From contig OZ251219.1 of the NCBI GenBank assembly GCA_965240465.1, forward strand, positions 608,001-672,000: 64,000 bases of DNA, in the 5' to 3' direction. This DNA is from a bacterium (GTDB lineage Bacteria; SAR324; JACQKK01). Positions 1 through 8,827 of the stretch are shown in pieces (the first letter of the stretch is position 1; each line of letters starts with the position of its first letter). The notes beneath the pieces were generated by a model. That model was not told the DNA's origin and made no database searches. It saw nothing but the letters and a program-made list of their open reading frames with translations. A program made the position numbers and the translations under genes.

Positions 1-358
1 CGGTTTTTTTACCTACTCCGGGAGTGCGTGCTAAGAGGGAGATATCGTTGTGATGGACTGCGGTTCGGATTCCTGAGGCTCCGAGGACGGAGAGTAATTG
101 CAATCCTAATTTGGGGCCTACGCCCCTAACCTTGAGGAGACACTCAAAGAGTAATTTATCTTCCAAAGAAACAAAGCCCACTAAGGAGAGTTGTTCTTCA
201 CGCACAATGGTGGTGATAAATAAGACGATTTCTTTACCTGTGAGAGCCCTTTCCCAGACATCGGGAGGGGTTAGGACCTGATAACCGATTCCATTTGATT
301 CCACGATCATCATTTCAGACCATTGTTTTACTACTTGACCTTTTAGATATCCGATCAT
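1..358 (-). CDS. ruvA: Holliday junction DNA-binding protein RuvA (5' part; runs off window start)
   Basis: Hand translation from ATG at 358: MIGYLKGQVVKQ...ESNGIGYQV...VREEQLSLVGF...LLKVRGVGPKLGL...TPGVGKKT; lies directly after ruvC. Confidence 0.95.
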   Translation of the reverse strand, partial: MIGYLKGQVVKQWSEMMIVESNGIGYQVLTPPDVWERALTGKEIVLFITTIVREEQLSLVGFVSLEDKLLFECLLKVRGVGPKLGLQLLSVLGASGIRTAVHHNDISLLARTPGVGKKT

Positions 359-404
359 GGTGGTTTGTGGGGTTATGATTTGGGGTCTGAGATATGGGGA
401 AAGT

Positions 405-947
405 TTATTTAGTGAGGATTTGTTGAGTTTTCTGGTTAAGAAAGGTGTTGGTGAACATGGTTGCATGGGTGATAGCGATAGCTAAGGCGTCGGCGGCGTC
501 GGTGGGAGGCAATTCGGGGAGGTTCAAGAGGAGTTGTACTAGTCGTTGTATTTGTTGTTTATCGGCTCGTCCACTGCCACCGGTGCATTGTTTAATTTGT
601 GAGGGGGCGTATTCGCTGACGGGTAGTCCATATTTCATCAGGGTGTAGAGGGCGACTCCGCGTGCTTGTCCTAGTATTAGGGCGGCTTGGGGGTAGCGAG
701 CGGCGAAGATATTTTCTATGGCTCCTTGTAGGGGTTGGTATTGTGTTAGGAGGTTTTCTAGTTTTTCTACCAGGAATACTAGTTTTAGTCCGAGGAATTT
801 TTCGCGTGGTAGTTTGAGTACTCCGCTGGCTACGTGAACAAGGTTTCCATTAGTTTGGGAATCTAGGATTCCCCAGCCTGTGAATTGACTACCGGGGTCA
901 ATGCCAATGATTCTGGTTTGAAGGTTTGTATTAGTTTCACTGGGCAT
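405..947 (-). CDS. ruvC: Crossover junction endodeoxyribonuclease RuvC
   Basis: IIGIDPG, AIENIF, LGQARG, GRADKQQI, DAADALAIAITH motifs; start at ATG 947 assumed (ORF extends to 965). Confidence 0.95.
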   Translation of the reverse strand: MPSETNTNLQTRIIGIDPGSQFTGWGILDSQTNGNLVHVASGVLKLPREKFLGLKLVFLVEKLENLLTQYQPLQGAIENIFAARYPQAALILGQARGVALYTLMKYGLPVSEYAPSQIKQCTGGSGRADKQQIQRLVQLLLNLPELPPTDAADALAIAITHATMFTNTFLNQKTQQILTK

Positions 948-1683
948 ATTTTTCGCAGTCTTCATCGGAGAGTTCCAGACTGGAGAAGACCTGTTGTACG
1001 TCTTCGTGTTCTTCCAAAGAATCCAGCAGTTTTAGGATTTGTTTAATGCTATTTTCTTGTTTCACTGTTACAGGAGAGATTGGTAGCCATTCTAGGGCTG
1101 GTTCTATAACTTGGAAGCCATTTTTTTCCAAGTGGGAGCGTACTTTTTCCAGGGTATCAACCGCACAGAGTACCTGATATTGCCCTGATTGATCTTCTAG
1201 ATCTTCGGCCCCGGCTTCAATGGCAGTATTGGTGAGGCGTTCTTCGTCGGTGGTTTCCACTTGGAGGGTGCCGCGGCGGACGAATAGATGTCGGACGGAG
1301 TTGGCTCCTCCTAGGTGGCCGCCAAATTTGCCAAATAAGTGGCGAATGGCAGCAGCGGTGCGATTGCGATTATCGGTAAGGGTAGCGACCATAACAGCTA
1401 CTTTTTCAGGGGCATAGCCTTCATAGATGGCTTCTTCATATTCATTGCTGGTGTTGCTACCGAGTCCTTTTTTTATGGCACGTTGGACGGTATCATTGGG
1501 CATGTTATGAGAACGTGCTTGGAGCATAGCCAGTCTCAGGCGGGGATTGGCTTTAACATCTTCACCGCCGGCTCTAACGGCGGTGGTGAGTTCTCGTATC
1601 AGTTTGGTGAAGGTCTTGCCTCGTTTGGCATCTTGAGCTGCCTTACGGTGCTTGATGGTGCTCCATTTACTGTGTCCGGACAA
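937..1683 (-). CDS. yebC: YebC/PmpR family protein
   Basis: MSGHSKWSTIKHRK N-terminus, YEGY, TDNRNRT; usual yebC-ruvC-ruvA order; TTG start. Confidence 0.95.
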   Translation of the reverse strand: MSGHSKWSTIKHRKAAQDAKRGKTFTKLIRELTTAVRAGGEDVKANPRLRLAMLQARSHNMPNDTVQRAIKKGLGSNTSNEYEEAIYEGYAPEKVAVMVATLTDNRNRTAAAIRHLFGKFGGHLGGANSVRHLFVRRGTLQVETTDEERLTNTAIEAGAEDLEDQSGQYQVLCAVDTLEKVRSHLEKNGFQVIEPALEWLPISPVTVKQENSIKQILKLLDSLEEHEDVQQVFSSLELSDEDCEKYAQ

Positions 1684-1722
1684 GGTGTGTGGTTCTCTCT
1701 TATGGTTTGCTCTTATTGAGGA

Positions 1723-2388
1723 TTAGGTTAGTTGGTCTAATCCCATTTGCCAGAAAGCTTGCTCCATGATGGTGGAGGTTTCAAATTGTTCTGCCAGCTG
1801 AGCGAATCTAGGATCCTGGGGACTAGTGACTCCTTTTTGTTCAGCGATGACTTGCATTCCTTGGGCGTGATGAGTACATAGCGATTGAAAATCATCGCTG
1901 GCGTACATTTCAATCCAGGATTGGTAGGGGTTAGAATTTTTGCTTTTTTCCAGCTGTTTGCCTATTTCGCCGTAGCCCATTACGCATGGAGACATGGCGG
2001 CGTATAGGTTCAGTAGATCGCCGCGTTGTCCGCAATCAAGGGCAAAACGAGTGTAGGCAACATTGGAGGGATGTTCAGCTACTTGCTGTGCTTCTTTTTC
2101 TGAAATGCCCCAATCCTTGCAGTATTGAACATGTAACTTGATCTCGGTGTTGATGATTACGTCCAGGGTGTGGGAAGCTCCACGCAGTTGATCCAAGGTA
2201 TCAGCCTTGAAAGCAGCCAAAGCCCAAGCCCGCCCAAAATTGAGCAGAAAGAGATAATCTTGTTTGAGATAAAATTGGAAGGCTTGTTTGGGCAAAGTGC
2301 CTTGTTCCAGTTGTTGAACGAAGGGGTGTCGGATGTAGCCTTGCCAAGCATTTTGGGTAGTATTTTTTAAGTGTTCAAATAGGTTCAT
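1723..2388 (-). CDS. tenA: Thiaminase II / TenA family
   Basis: HPFV, FQFYLKQDYLFL, AYTRF, PCVMGYGEIG (catalytic Cys), YQSWIEMY, EQAFW. Confidence 0.9.
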   Translation of the reverse strand: MNLFEHLKNTTQNAWQGYIRHPFVQQLEQGTLPKQAFQFYLKQDYLFLLNFGRAWALAAFKADTLDQLRGASHTLDVIINTEIKLHVQYCKDWGISEKEAQQVAEHPSNVAYTRFALDCGQRGDLLNLYAAMSPCVMGYGEIGKQLEKSKNSNPYQSWIEMYASDDFQSLCTHHAQGMQVIAEQKGVTSPQDPRFAQLAEQFETSTIMEQAFWQMGLDQLT

Positions 2389-2417
2389 ATTCTTAGGTAT
2401 AAGATAAGATTAAGCAT

Positions 2418-3537
2418 CTAAATATCAGATAACAAAGCTTGTTGGATGAAGCTATTTAAACTTCCGTTGAGTACTTTTTCGGCATTGCCGGTTTCATAAA
2501 GAGTACGGTGATCTTTCACCATTTGATAGGGGTGCAGCACATAGCTTCTGATCTGACTGCCCCAGGCAATTCTTTGTTTGCTAGCGTCTTGTTTTTTTCT
2601 TTCTTGTTCCAGACGCTGTTGTTGGGCTTCATAAAGGCGAATGTTTAAGACCTTGAGGGCTCGGAGCCGATTTTTGTGTTGTGAACGATCGTTTTGACAC
2701 TGAACTACAATTCCGCTGGGTAAATGGGTGATACGCACCGCAGAATCGGTAGTGTTGACATGCTGACCCCCAGCTCCTTGGGCTCGGAAAGTATCTATTT
2801 TCAAGTCTGCCTCGTTCATCTTGATCTCTATCTTACGCTCTACATCAGGATATGCAAACACAGACGCAAACGAAGTGTGGCGACGCTTACTAGCATCAAA
2901 TGGAGAAATACGCACTAGACGATGTACTCCAGTTTCTCCTCTCAGATAACCATAAGCATATTCTCCATTGACCTGTAAAGTAGCCGATTTAACCCCTGCC
3001 TCCTCTCCTGCTTGAACATCCAGGAGCTCGCAAGTAAAGAGATTATTCTCCACCCAGCGTTGATACATACGCAACAACATATTAGCCCAATCAGCAGCCT
3101 CAGCACCACCAGCCCCCGCATGCAAAACCAACAATGCATTGTTGACATCATACCGACCATTGAGCAAAATCCTTATTTCTAAAGCCTCAATTTGGGTTTC
3201 CAAGCTCTTCTTAAGCAAGGGCAATTCTCCTAAGAGCTCACCGCTTTCTTGACTAAGGGCAATTCCGCTTTCTAAATCGCCCAACCCCTGCTGTAATTTA
3301 TGCCAATCACCACTCCTTGATTTACCAGCCCGTAATTCCTTCAGTATGTCTTTACGCTGATCGGCAGTCTGTTGCCAAAAATCATTGGCACTCGCTTGTT
3401 GCTCTAGTTCTTGCAGTCTGCAGGCGAGCTTTAAAGGGTCAAAGATGCCTTTCCAGCAACTGAGCTCGCTGCTTCAATCCTTGCCAGTATCCTTGGTACT
3501 CAACCAAATGTTCCAAATCAGCAACTGCTTTTTTCAT
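2418..3537 (-). CDS. prfB: Peptide chain release factor 2, with programmed +1 frameshift at CTT-TGA-C (3444-3438)
   Basis: SPF and GGQ motifs; 32-codon first frame from ATG 3537 (SD AGGAG) ends AGG CAT CTT TGA; +1 frame continues DPLKLACRLQELEQQASANDFW into ORF 2418..3284. Confidence 0.95.
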
Positions 3538-3609
3538 TGGTACTTGCTCCTATCTAGCCAGTGTCTACCACGTTTTCTCGGGTAATAAAAATTATTGCCA
3601 AACAGAAAC

Positions 3610-3638
3610 TTGACCTTTTTAGCTTAATCCATTATATT
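3610..3638 (+). promoter_or_regulatory. Putative sigma70-type promoter of the lysis cassette
   Basis: TTGACC (3610-3615), 17 nt spacer, TATATT (3633-3638) in the AT-rich gap about 60 nt upstream of ORF 3701. Confidence 0.5.
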
Positions 3639-3700
3639 AAATATACCGCACACTAAATTTTTATTTAATAGGGCTTTCTTAACCATAAATTAAGTAGACC

Positions 3701-4210
3701 ATGTGCCAATTATCTAATAATTTTAACCTCCATGAATTCACCCTTTCTCAAACTGCCTCCCGATTAGAAATAGCAGTCAATGTCCCCCCCGAAAGTGCCA
3801 TTTTCCAAGCCTTACAAAAATTATGCACTCAAGTCCTGCAACCCCTCAGGGATTCCCTAGGACGAGTTATTCATATAACCTCGGGGTATCGTCCCCCAGC
3901 CCTGAATCGCCATATTGGTGGATCCAAACGGTCTCAACACATGCGAGGAGAAGCCGCTGATATTGTGGTCGGTGGCATGAACCCCTTGGAAGTATGTCAG
4001 GCGATCGTGCGTTTGAACCTTCCCTTTGATCAGCTAATTCACGAATTTGGACGCTGGACTCATGTCTCGGTGGCCCCAGAACATCGCTCCGAACGCGGTC
4101 AAACTCTTACTGCTTGGAAAAATCCTTCCTTGAAGAAAACTGAGTACTTACAGGGCTTGAGCTCTATCTCGGAGATAGAAAATGCTCACATAGCTGGTAG
4201 AGCCAGCTAA
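3701..4210 (+). CDS. Peptidase M15A family zinc peptidase (phage endolysin-like)
   Basis: LSNNFNLHEFT.SQTA, LQPLRD, ITSGYR, SQHMRGEAADI (H, D ligands), FDQLIHEFGRWTHVS (H ligand). Confidence 0.85.
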   Translation: MCQLSNNFNLHEFTLSQTASRLEIAVNVPPESAIFQALQKLCTQVLQPLRDSLGRVIHITSGYRPPALNRHIGGSKRSQHMRGEAADIVVGGMNPLEVCQAIVRLNLPFDQLIHEFGRWTHVSVAPEHRSERGQTLTAWKNPSLKKTEYLQGLSSISEIENAHIAGRAS

Positions 4211-4237
4211 TTATTTTTCATTTTTCAGGAAAACACC

Positions 4238-4639
4238 ATGCTCGGTAAATTAACTAAATCACTTGGTCCGATAACCAAATTGGTGGATGAAATTCATCTT
4301 TCTGGAGAGGAGAAATTAAAGTTTCGCCAAGCCATGTTTGAAGCTGGTTCTGAACTAGCTCAAGAAACATTAGCTTATGAAAAGGCTTCCTTGGAGGCTC
4401 ATTCTAAAATGTTGCTGGCTGAAAGTACCGGGCAAAGCTGGTTGCAACGCAATTGGCGTCCGATAACCATGCTGGTTTTTTTGGTATTAGTCATTTGCGA
4501 TGCCTTTGATATTTTGCCCTTTCGGCTGGCAGATCAAGCTTGGACGCTCTTACAGGTAGGATTAGGAGGCTATGTAGTTGGTCGCAGTGCTGAAAAAATG
4601 ATTCCCAGCCTAGCCCGATTAATACCCCCAAGGAAATAA
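4238..4639 (+). CDS. Holin, 3TM GTA-release type (GTA_holin_3TM-like)
   Basis: SWLQRNWRP signature, two C-terminal hydrophobic segments, GLGGYVVGRSAEK; next to endolysin. Confidence 0.75.
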   Translation: MLGKLTKSLGPITKLVDEIHLSGEEKLKFRQAMFEAGSELAQETLAYEKASLEAHSKMLLAESTGQSWLQRNWRPITMLVFLVLVICDAFDILPFRLADQAWTLLQVGLGGYVVGRSAEKMIPSLARLIPPRK

Positions 4640-4643
4640 TCAA

Positions 4644-4940
4644 ATGGATGGTTTAACTTTTTGGAGGGCTCTAGCTACTTTTTCCGCCTTGGTTTCGCTG
4701 TGGGGAGGATTGTTATTTTGGGCGGTTCGCTCCATGCTGGACAGCCGATTTAGAAGCCTTGACAGCAGGGAAAGCCGCTTAGAACAAAATATGCTACGGG
4801 TGGAGAAATCGCTTTTGCACCTAAGAGCCGAGCTACCACTGGAGTACGTGCTTAAAGAAGATGCCATCCGCCAAGAAGTGATCTTTCAAAGGAGATTGGA
4901 TACCTTATCCTCCAAGCTAGACCAGCTCCGAAGCGTTTAA
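4644..4940 (+). CDS. Small membrane-anchored coiled-coil protein, phage-like
   Basis: N-terminal TM, heptad pattern, LRAELPLEYV.KED.IR...LD motif that I recall from Mu-like prophage proteins near lysis genes. Confidence 0.55.
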   Translation: MDGLTFWRALATFSALVSLWGGLLFWAVRSMLDSRFRSLDSRESRLEQNMLRVEKSLLHLRAELPLEYVLKEDAIRQEVIFQRRLDTLSSKLDQLRSV

Positions 4941-5836
4941 CGCCAATCAAGTCGTTCCCGAGTTTTAGATTTGGCATTGGGGGAGTTAGATTTATCGGGA
5001 TGCTGGGGAGTATCTGGTGACTGGGGGAGTGGTTTTTCTGGGGGGGTTGGTGAGGTTGGGGGGTTTGAGGGGTTTGAGGGGGTTTTTAATCTTTCCATCA
5101 GAGTACGTTTTAGGGAGGGTAATTTTTTTTCTAGCGATTTAACTTGTTCTAGGGCTAGACGGGTTTGGGGTGCTTGGTAGGGGGAGTGTTGTAGATTTTG
5201 GAGGGCTTCCCAGCTGGCACGCAGTACTGCTATGCCTTCGTGAAGATTTTGATCGGGGACTGGAGCTTCTAAATGCAAGGGGGAGCGATATTGATGGAGG
5301 GCTTTTAGCACTTGTCGGTAGCTAGCCCGAGGGGTATCGCCGCAGGCAGATTCCCAGATTTGCTGACGTGCTTCGGGGTTGCGTACATAAGCGAGTTTGA
5401 GGGCATTGCTCCAACCGTAACGCCGCAGTTCGGCTTCTCCAGTCAGACGATTTTGGGGATTTAGCAGCTGATAGCTTTCGGCTACGATGCATAATTCGCT
5501 TATTCGGCGGAAATCCCAATCTACATGTTTAGCTAGCCAATCACGCTGATCCTTGGGATTGGGGAGGTTGGCCTTAACCGTTAGCACGATCCGCAACATG
5601 GAAGGAGCTAGGACGATAACAGCCTGATCTATTTTTTCTCTTCCTTGGTTAACATAGGAGACTTCATCCATCAGTTCCGAGGATTCCTCCCAGTTGAACA
5701 ATATTTCCTTTGGAGACAGTTGCAGGTTTTTATTCCAGATTTGCAGTGAGGAAGCTGAGTCTGGACGACCTCCAGCCAGCGAGTTTTGTTCTGGTGGTCT
5801 AAGAGCAGATTGGGCGGGTAGTATGCGTCGGGCCAT
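4937..5836 (-). CDS. Hypothetical protein, possible ParA partner; Pro/Ser-rich C-terminus
   Basis: 299-aa ORF directly downstream of parA; helical core (RDWLAKHVDWDFRRISEL...YGWSNALKLA). Confidence 0.6.
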   Translation of the reverse strand: MARRILPAQSALRPPEQNSLAGGRPDSASSLQIWNKNLQLSPKEILFNWEESSELMDEVSYVNQGREKIDQAVIVLAPSMLRIVLTVKANLPNPKDQRDWLAKHVDWDFRRISELCIVAESYQLLNPQNRLTGEAELRRYGWSNALKLAYVRNPEARQQIWESACGDTPRASYRQVLKALHQYRSPLHLEAPVPDQNLHEGIAVLRASWEALQNLQHSPYQAPQTRLALEQVKSLEKKLPSLKRTLMERLKTPSNPSNPPTSPTPPEKPLPQSPDTPQHPDKSNSPNAKSKTRERLDWR

Positions 5837-5954
5837 GTGAGAATTCCTAGTAGTAGTTTTAGACGGTATTGTATTTAAGCAGCGTTGTTTTTAGACAGGG
5901 TTGTTTTTAGCAGGGCAGGTTGTGAAAAATTAAGGAGGATTAAGAAGAGGAGGA

Positions 5955-6737
5955 TTAAGAAGCTTTCGGCTGCCATTTTTCCAGCATGCGTAGGTGGATT
6001 TCCTTAACCAGCTGAGTATAGCAAGTGCGAGCTCGGTTATCTTGGGCTTCCAGGGGAGTGAGGTGGTTCTGAGCCGCGCTAGCGATGGCAGTAGCCAGGG
6101 GGATGGTGGCAGAGAACAATAGCTGAGGAAAGTTTTTTTGTAAGGTTTCCTTGTTGAGACGATTTTGGGTAACTCCCTCCCGATGCAAGGTAATGGCGAT
6201 CCCCAATAACCGACAGGAAACTTTGCGCGAGCGTTGAAAGAACTCCAGATAGTTAAGCAGATTGCCGATTCCCGTTAGGGATAAATAATCGGTATGGGTG
6301 GGAATAATGATGAAATCAGCTAGCATGAGTACATTATCATTGATTAGCGATAAAGTAGGTGGCAAATCCCAGATGACCAAGCTATGGGGATCCAGTTCGG
6401 GGAGAATGCGGTCTCTGAGGCAAGTTTCTGGAGACTCCAGCTGGTGCATTTGTTTTTCTGCTTCATAGAGATGTAGGCGTCCTGATTCTATCACATAGAA
6501 AGGGGCAGAAGGGCGATATTGTACTAAGTCCAGGGTGTCTGAGGCACCATAGAGGAATCCTCCGAGGGTGTTGGGAGTTTGTAGGTTCAGGGAAATGGCG
6601 ACATTGCCTTGGTTATCGGCATCTATAAGAACCACCTCCCGCTGAGGATTGGCTAGGGCATATTGATGCGAGAGGGCAATAGCCAGAGTAGTTTTTCCGG
6701 AGCCTCCCTTGGCGGAAAGTACTGCGATATGGATCAT
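5955..6737 (-). CDS. ParA/Soj family ATPase
   Basis: Deviant Walker A KGGSGKTT, VLIDADNQGN, IWDLPP. Confidence 0.9.
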   Translation of the reverse strand: MIHIAVLSAKGGSGKTTLAIALSHQYALANPQREVVLIDADNQGNVAISLNLQTPNTLGGFLYGASDTLDLVQYRPSAPFYVIESGRLHLYEAEKQMHQLESPETCLRDRILPELDPHSLVIWDLPPTLSLINDNVLMLADFIIIPTHTDYLSLTGIGNLLNYLEFFQRSRKVSCRLLGIAITLHREGVTQNRLNKETLQKNFPQLLFSATIPLATAIASAAQNHLTPLEAQDNRARTCYTQLVKEIHLRMLEKWQPKAS

Positions 6738-6879
6738 CTTAATTTCAGCAAGATTTTTAATTTGGAACTAATAAGGCTAATAAAATTTAGTTGAGCTACA
6801 TGTTTATCGGTGAGTAATGCCTACTTTTGAGTGCTATTGCGAGTGTTATTGCGGGTGTGATCGGCGTGGTGCTAGCTAA

Positions 6880-6952
6880 AGCGGAAGACGGGGTTCGAAC
6901 CCGCGACCCTCAGCTTGGGAAGCTGATGCTCTACCAACTGAGCTACTCCCGC
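6880..6952 (-). tRNA. tRNA-Gly (anticodon CCC), CCA not encoded
   Basis: Reverse complement GCGGGAGTAGCTCAGTTGGTAGAGCATCAGCTTCCCAAGCTGAGGGTCGCGGGTTCGAACCCCGTCTTCCGCT folds as a cloverleaf; U73 discriminator. Confidence 0.97.
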
Positions 6953-7004
6953 GAGACTTCCACATTGTAGCATTTCTCTTTCTTAAAGAACCGCAGAAAT
7001 TTTG

Positions 7005-8819
7005 TTAGCTGACCGTCACCGACTTGGCAAGATTACGAGGTTTATCTATAGAACGCCCCAGTTTAAGGGCAGTGAAATATGCCAGCAATTGTCCCATAAT
7101 CATTTGCAACAAGGGGGAAAGCAGGGGGTTAACCGAGGGCAACGACATCCCATGGTGCAATAATTTGGCAGCTGAGGAATCTTCTTGATGATAAAAGCCC
7201 AAGCATTGTCCTTTCCTCGCCCGCACCTCTTCTAAGGCAGAAAGAGAGGAGTCATAGTGATCTTCCTTCGGGGATGGCAACAGAAAAACATTGAGCATGT
7301 TTTTATCCACCATGGCTAGGGCTCCGTGCTTGAGAAAACCAGCTGGCATGCCCTCTATGTGAAGATAAGTTATCTCCTTTAATTTGAGGGCAGTTTCCAA
7401 AGCAGCTGGATAGTGCAGGGATCGCCCCAACAAAAGCCAATTAGGATAATCCACACTTTTATTGGCTAGCTCACGGAGTACCCCAGAGCGTTCATTGAGG
7501 GTGCGTCCCACCAATTCAGGAAAAACTTCCATGTCTTTGAGAAGTTGCTGATAGTCTTTTTTACGGAGCTCATCAGTCTGTAGACCCACTTCAGCTGCCA
7601 GCCTTAGCAGAATGAATGTTTGGGCTAAAGCAGCCTTAGTGGATACCACGCAAATCTCCGGTCCCGAACCCTGTAAGACGGTCATATCTGCATCCAGACT
7701 GAGAGAAGAACCAATCATATTGACGATGGCTGCGGTAAAAGCTCCCTTCTTTTTGGCAGTCAAGATGGCTTGTCGGGTATCATGGGTTTCTCCCGATTGG
7801 GAAATTCCTAGCACTAGATCCCCAGATTTGGGGATGATCAGGTGATTGAATTCATCAGAGTTAACGGCTGGGGTAAACAATCCGCTTAAACGAGCAAATA
7901 AGTACTGACCAAGCATGGCTACATAATGAGTGGTGCCTACTCCCACCAGAAAAATGCGTTTAGCTTTTAGCAATTGTTTAGTGAGCTGCTGGATCTCATC
8001 GGGTGCGGCTACCAGAGCATTTTGTAGAGTCTCTGGTTGCTCAAAAATTTCCTTTAGCATGTAGTGAGCATGATCACCCTTGCGAGTAGTTTCCACCTCC
8101 CATTGAATTTGAAAGGGAGTTCTTTGGACAGGAGAACGATCTTTCAAACGATGGAGCTGTATTTGCTGAGGGGTAAGTATGGCATATTCGCCATCTTCCA
8201 TCACCAAGGCGGTACGGGTGATAGGAAGCAGGGCATGAATGTCCGAGGCCACACAATTGCTGTTTTTGCCTAGTCCCAGTACCAAGGGAGCTCCCTTACG
8301 AACACAGAACAAGGTTTGTGGCTGCTGGAGGTTGATAAAGCAAAAGGAGAAATTTCCCTGCAAGGCTTGGCAAGTTTTCAGTAAAGCCTCCGATGTCTTG
8401 TTCGGCTGATGATTAACCGCCAGTAAATTAACTATCACCTCAGTATCGGTTTCAGAACTGAATGTAACTCCTTGCTGTTCCAGCTGAGAACGGAGCTCAT
8501 TGTAATTGTGAATAATGCCATTATGCACCAAAGCAAAATTACCATCATGAGAAAGATGAGGATGAGCATTAGCCTGAGATACTCCACCATGAGTAGCCCA
8601 GCGGGTGTGAGCAATTCCCAGATAGCCCCGCATTAGGTCCAGTCTTTCGCTCTCAATTACGCTGGTTACGTCACCAGCTTGCTTGCGAACTTCTATTTTA
8701 CCTTCGTGCAGGGTAGCTATCCCGCAGGAGTCATAACCGCGATATTCCAAATGACGTAGTGATTCCAGCAACACCGCGTTCATTTCAGTTTCAGCAGTGA
8801 TTCCTACAATGCCGCACAT
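7005..8819 (-). CDS. glmS: Glutamine--fructose-6-phosphate aminotransferase
   Basis: MCGIVG, EYRGYDS, HTRWATHG, SQSGET, DKPRNLAKSVTV. Confidence 0.97.
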   Translation of the reverse strand: MCGIVGITAETEMNAVLLESLRHLEYRGYDSCGIATLHEGKIEVRKQAGDVTSVIESERLDLMRGYLGIAHTRWATHGGVSQANAHPHLSHDGNFALVHNGIIHNYNELRSQLEQQGVTFSSETDTEVIVNLLAVNHQPNKTSEALLKTCQALQGNFSFCFINLQQPQTLFCVRKGAPLVLGLGKNSNCVASDIHALLPITRTALVMEDGEYAILTPQQIQLHRLKDRSPVQRTPFQIQWEVETTRKGDHAHYMLKEIFEQPETLQNALVAAPDEIQQLTKQLLKAKRIFLVGVGTTHYVAMLGQYLFARLSGLFTPAVNSDEFNHLIIPKSGDLVLGISQSGETHDTRQAILTAKKKGAFTAAIVNMIGSSLSLDADMTVLQGSGPEICVVSTKAALAQTFILLRLAAEVGLQTDELRKKDYQQLLKDMEVFPELVGRTLNERSGVLRELANKSVDYPNWLLLGRSLHYPAALETALKLKEITYLHIEGMPAGFLKHGALAMVDKNMLNVFLLPSPKEDHYDSSLSALEEVRARKGQCLGFYHQEDSSAAKLLHHGMSLPSVNPLLSPLLQMIMGQLLAYFTALKLGRSIDKPRNLAKSVTVS

Positions 8820-8827
8820 GTTGCTAT

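Noticed and set aside
2389-2417. TPP riboswitch before tenA (likewise glmS ribozyme before glmS and ZTP riboswitch before purH)
   Set aside because: No room upstream of tenA or glmS, and no consensus motif recognised upstream of purH.
3540-6952. Intact prophage or integrative element at tRNA-Gly
   Set aside because: No integrase or structural genes, and I found no copy of the tRNA 3' end near 3540-3700.
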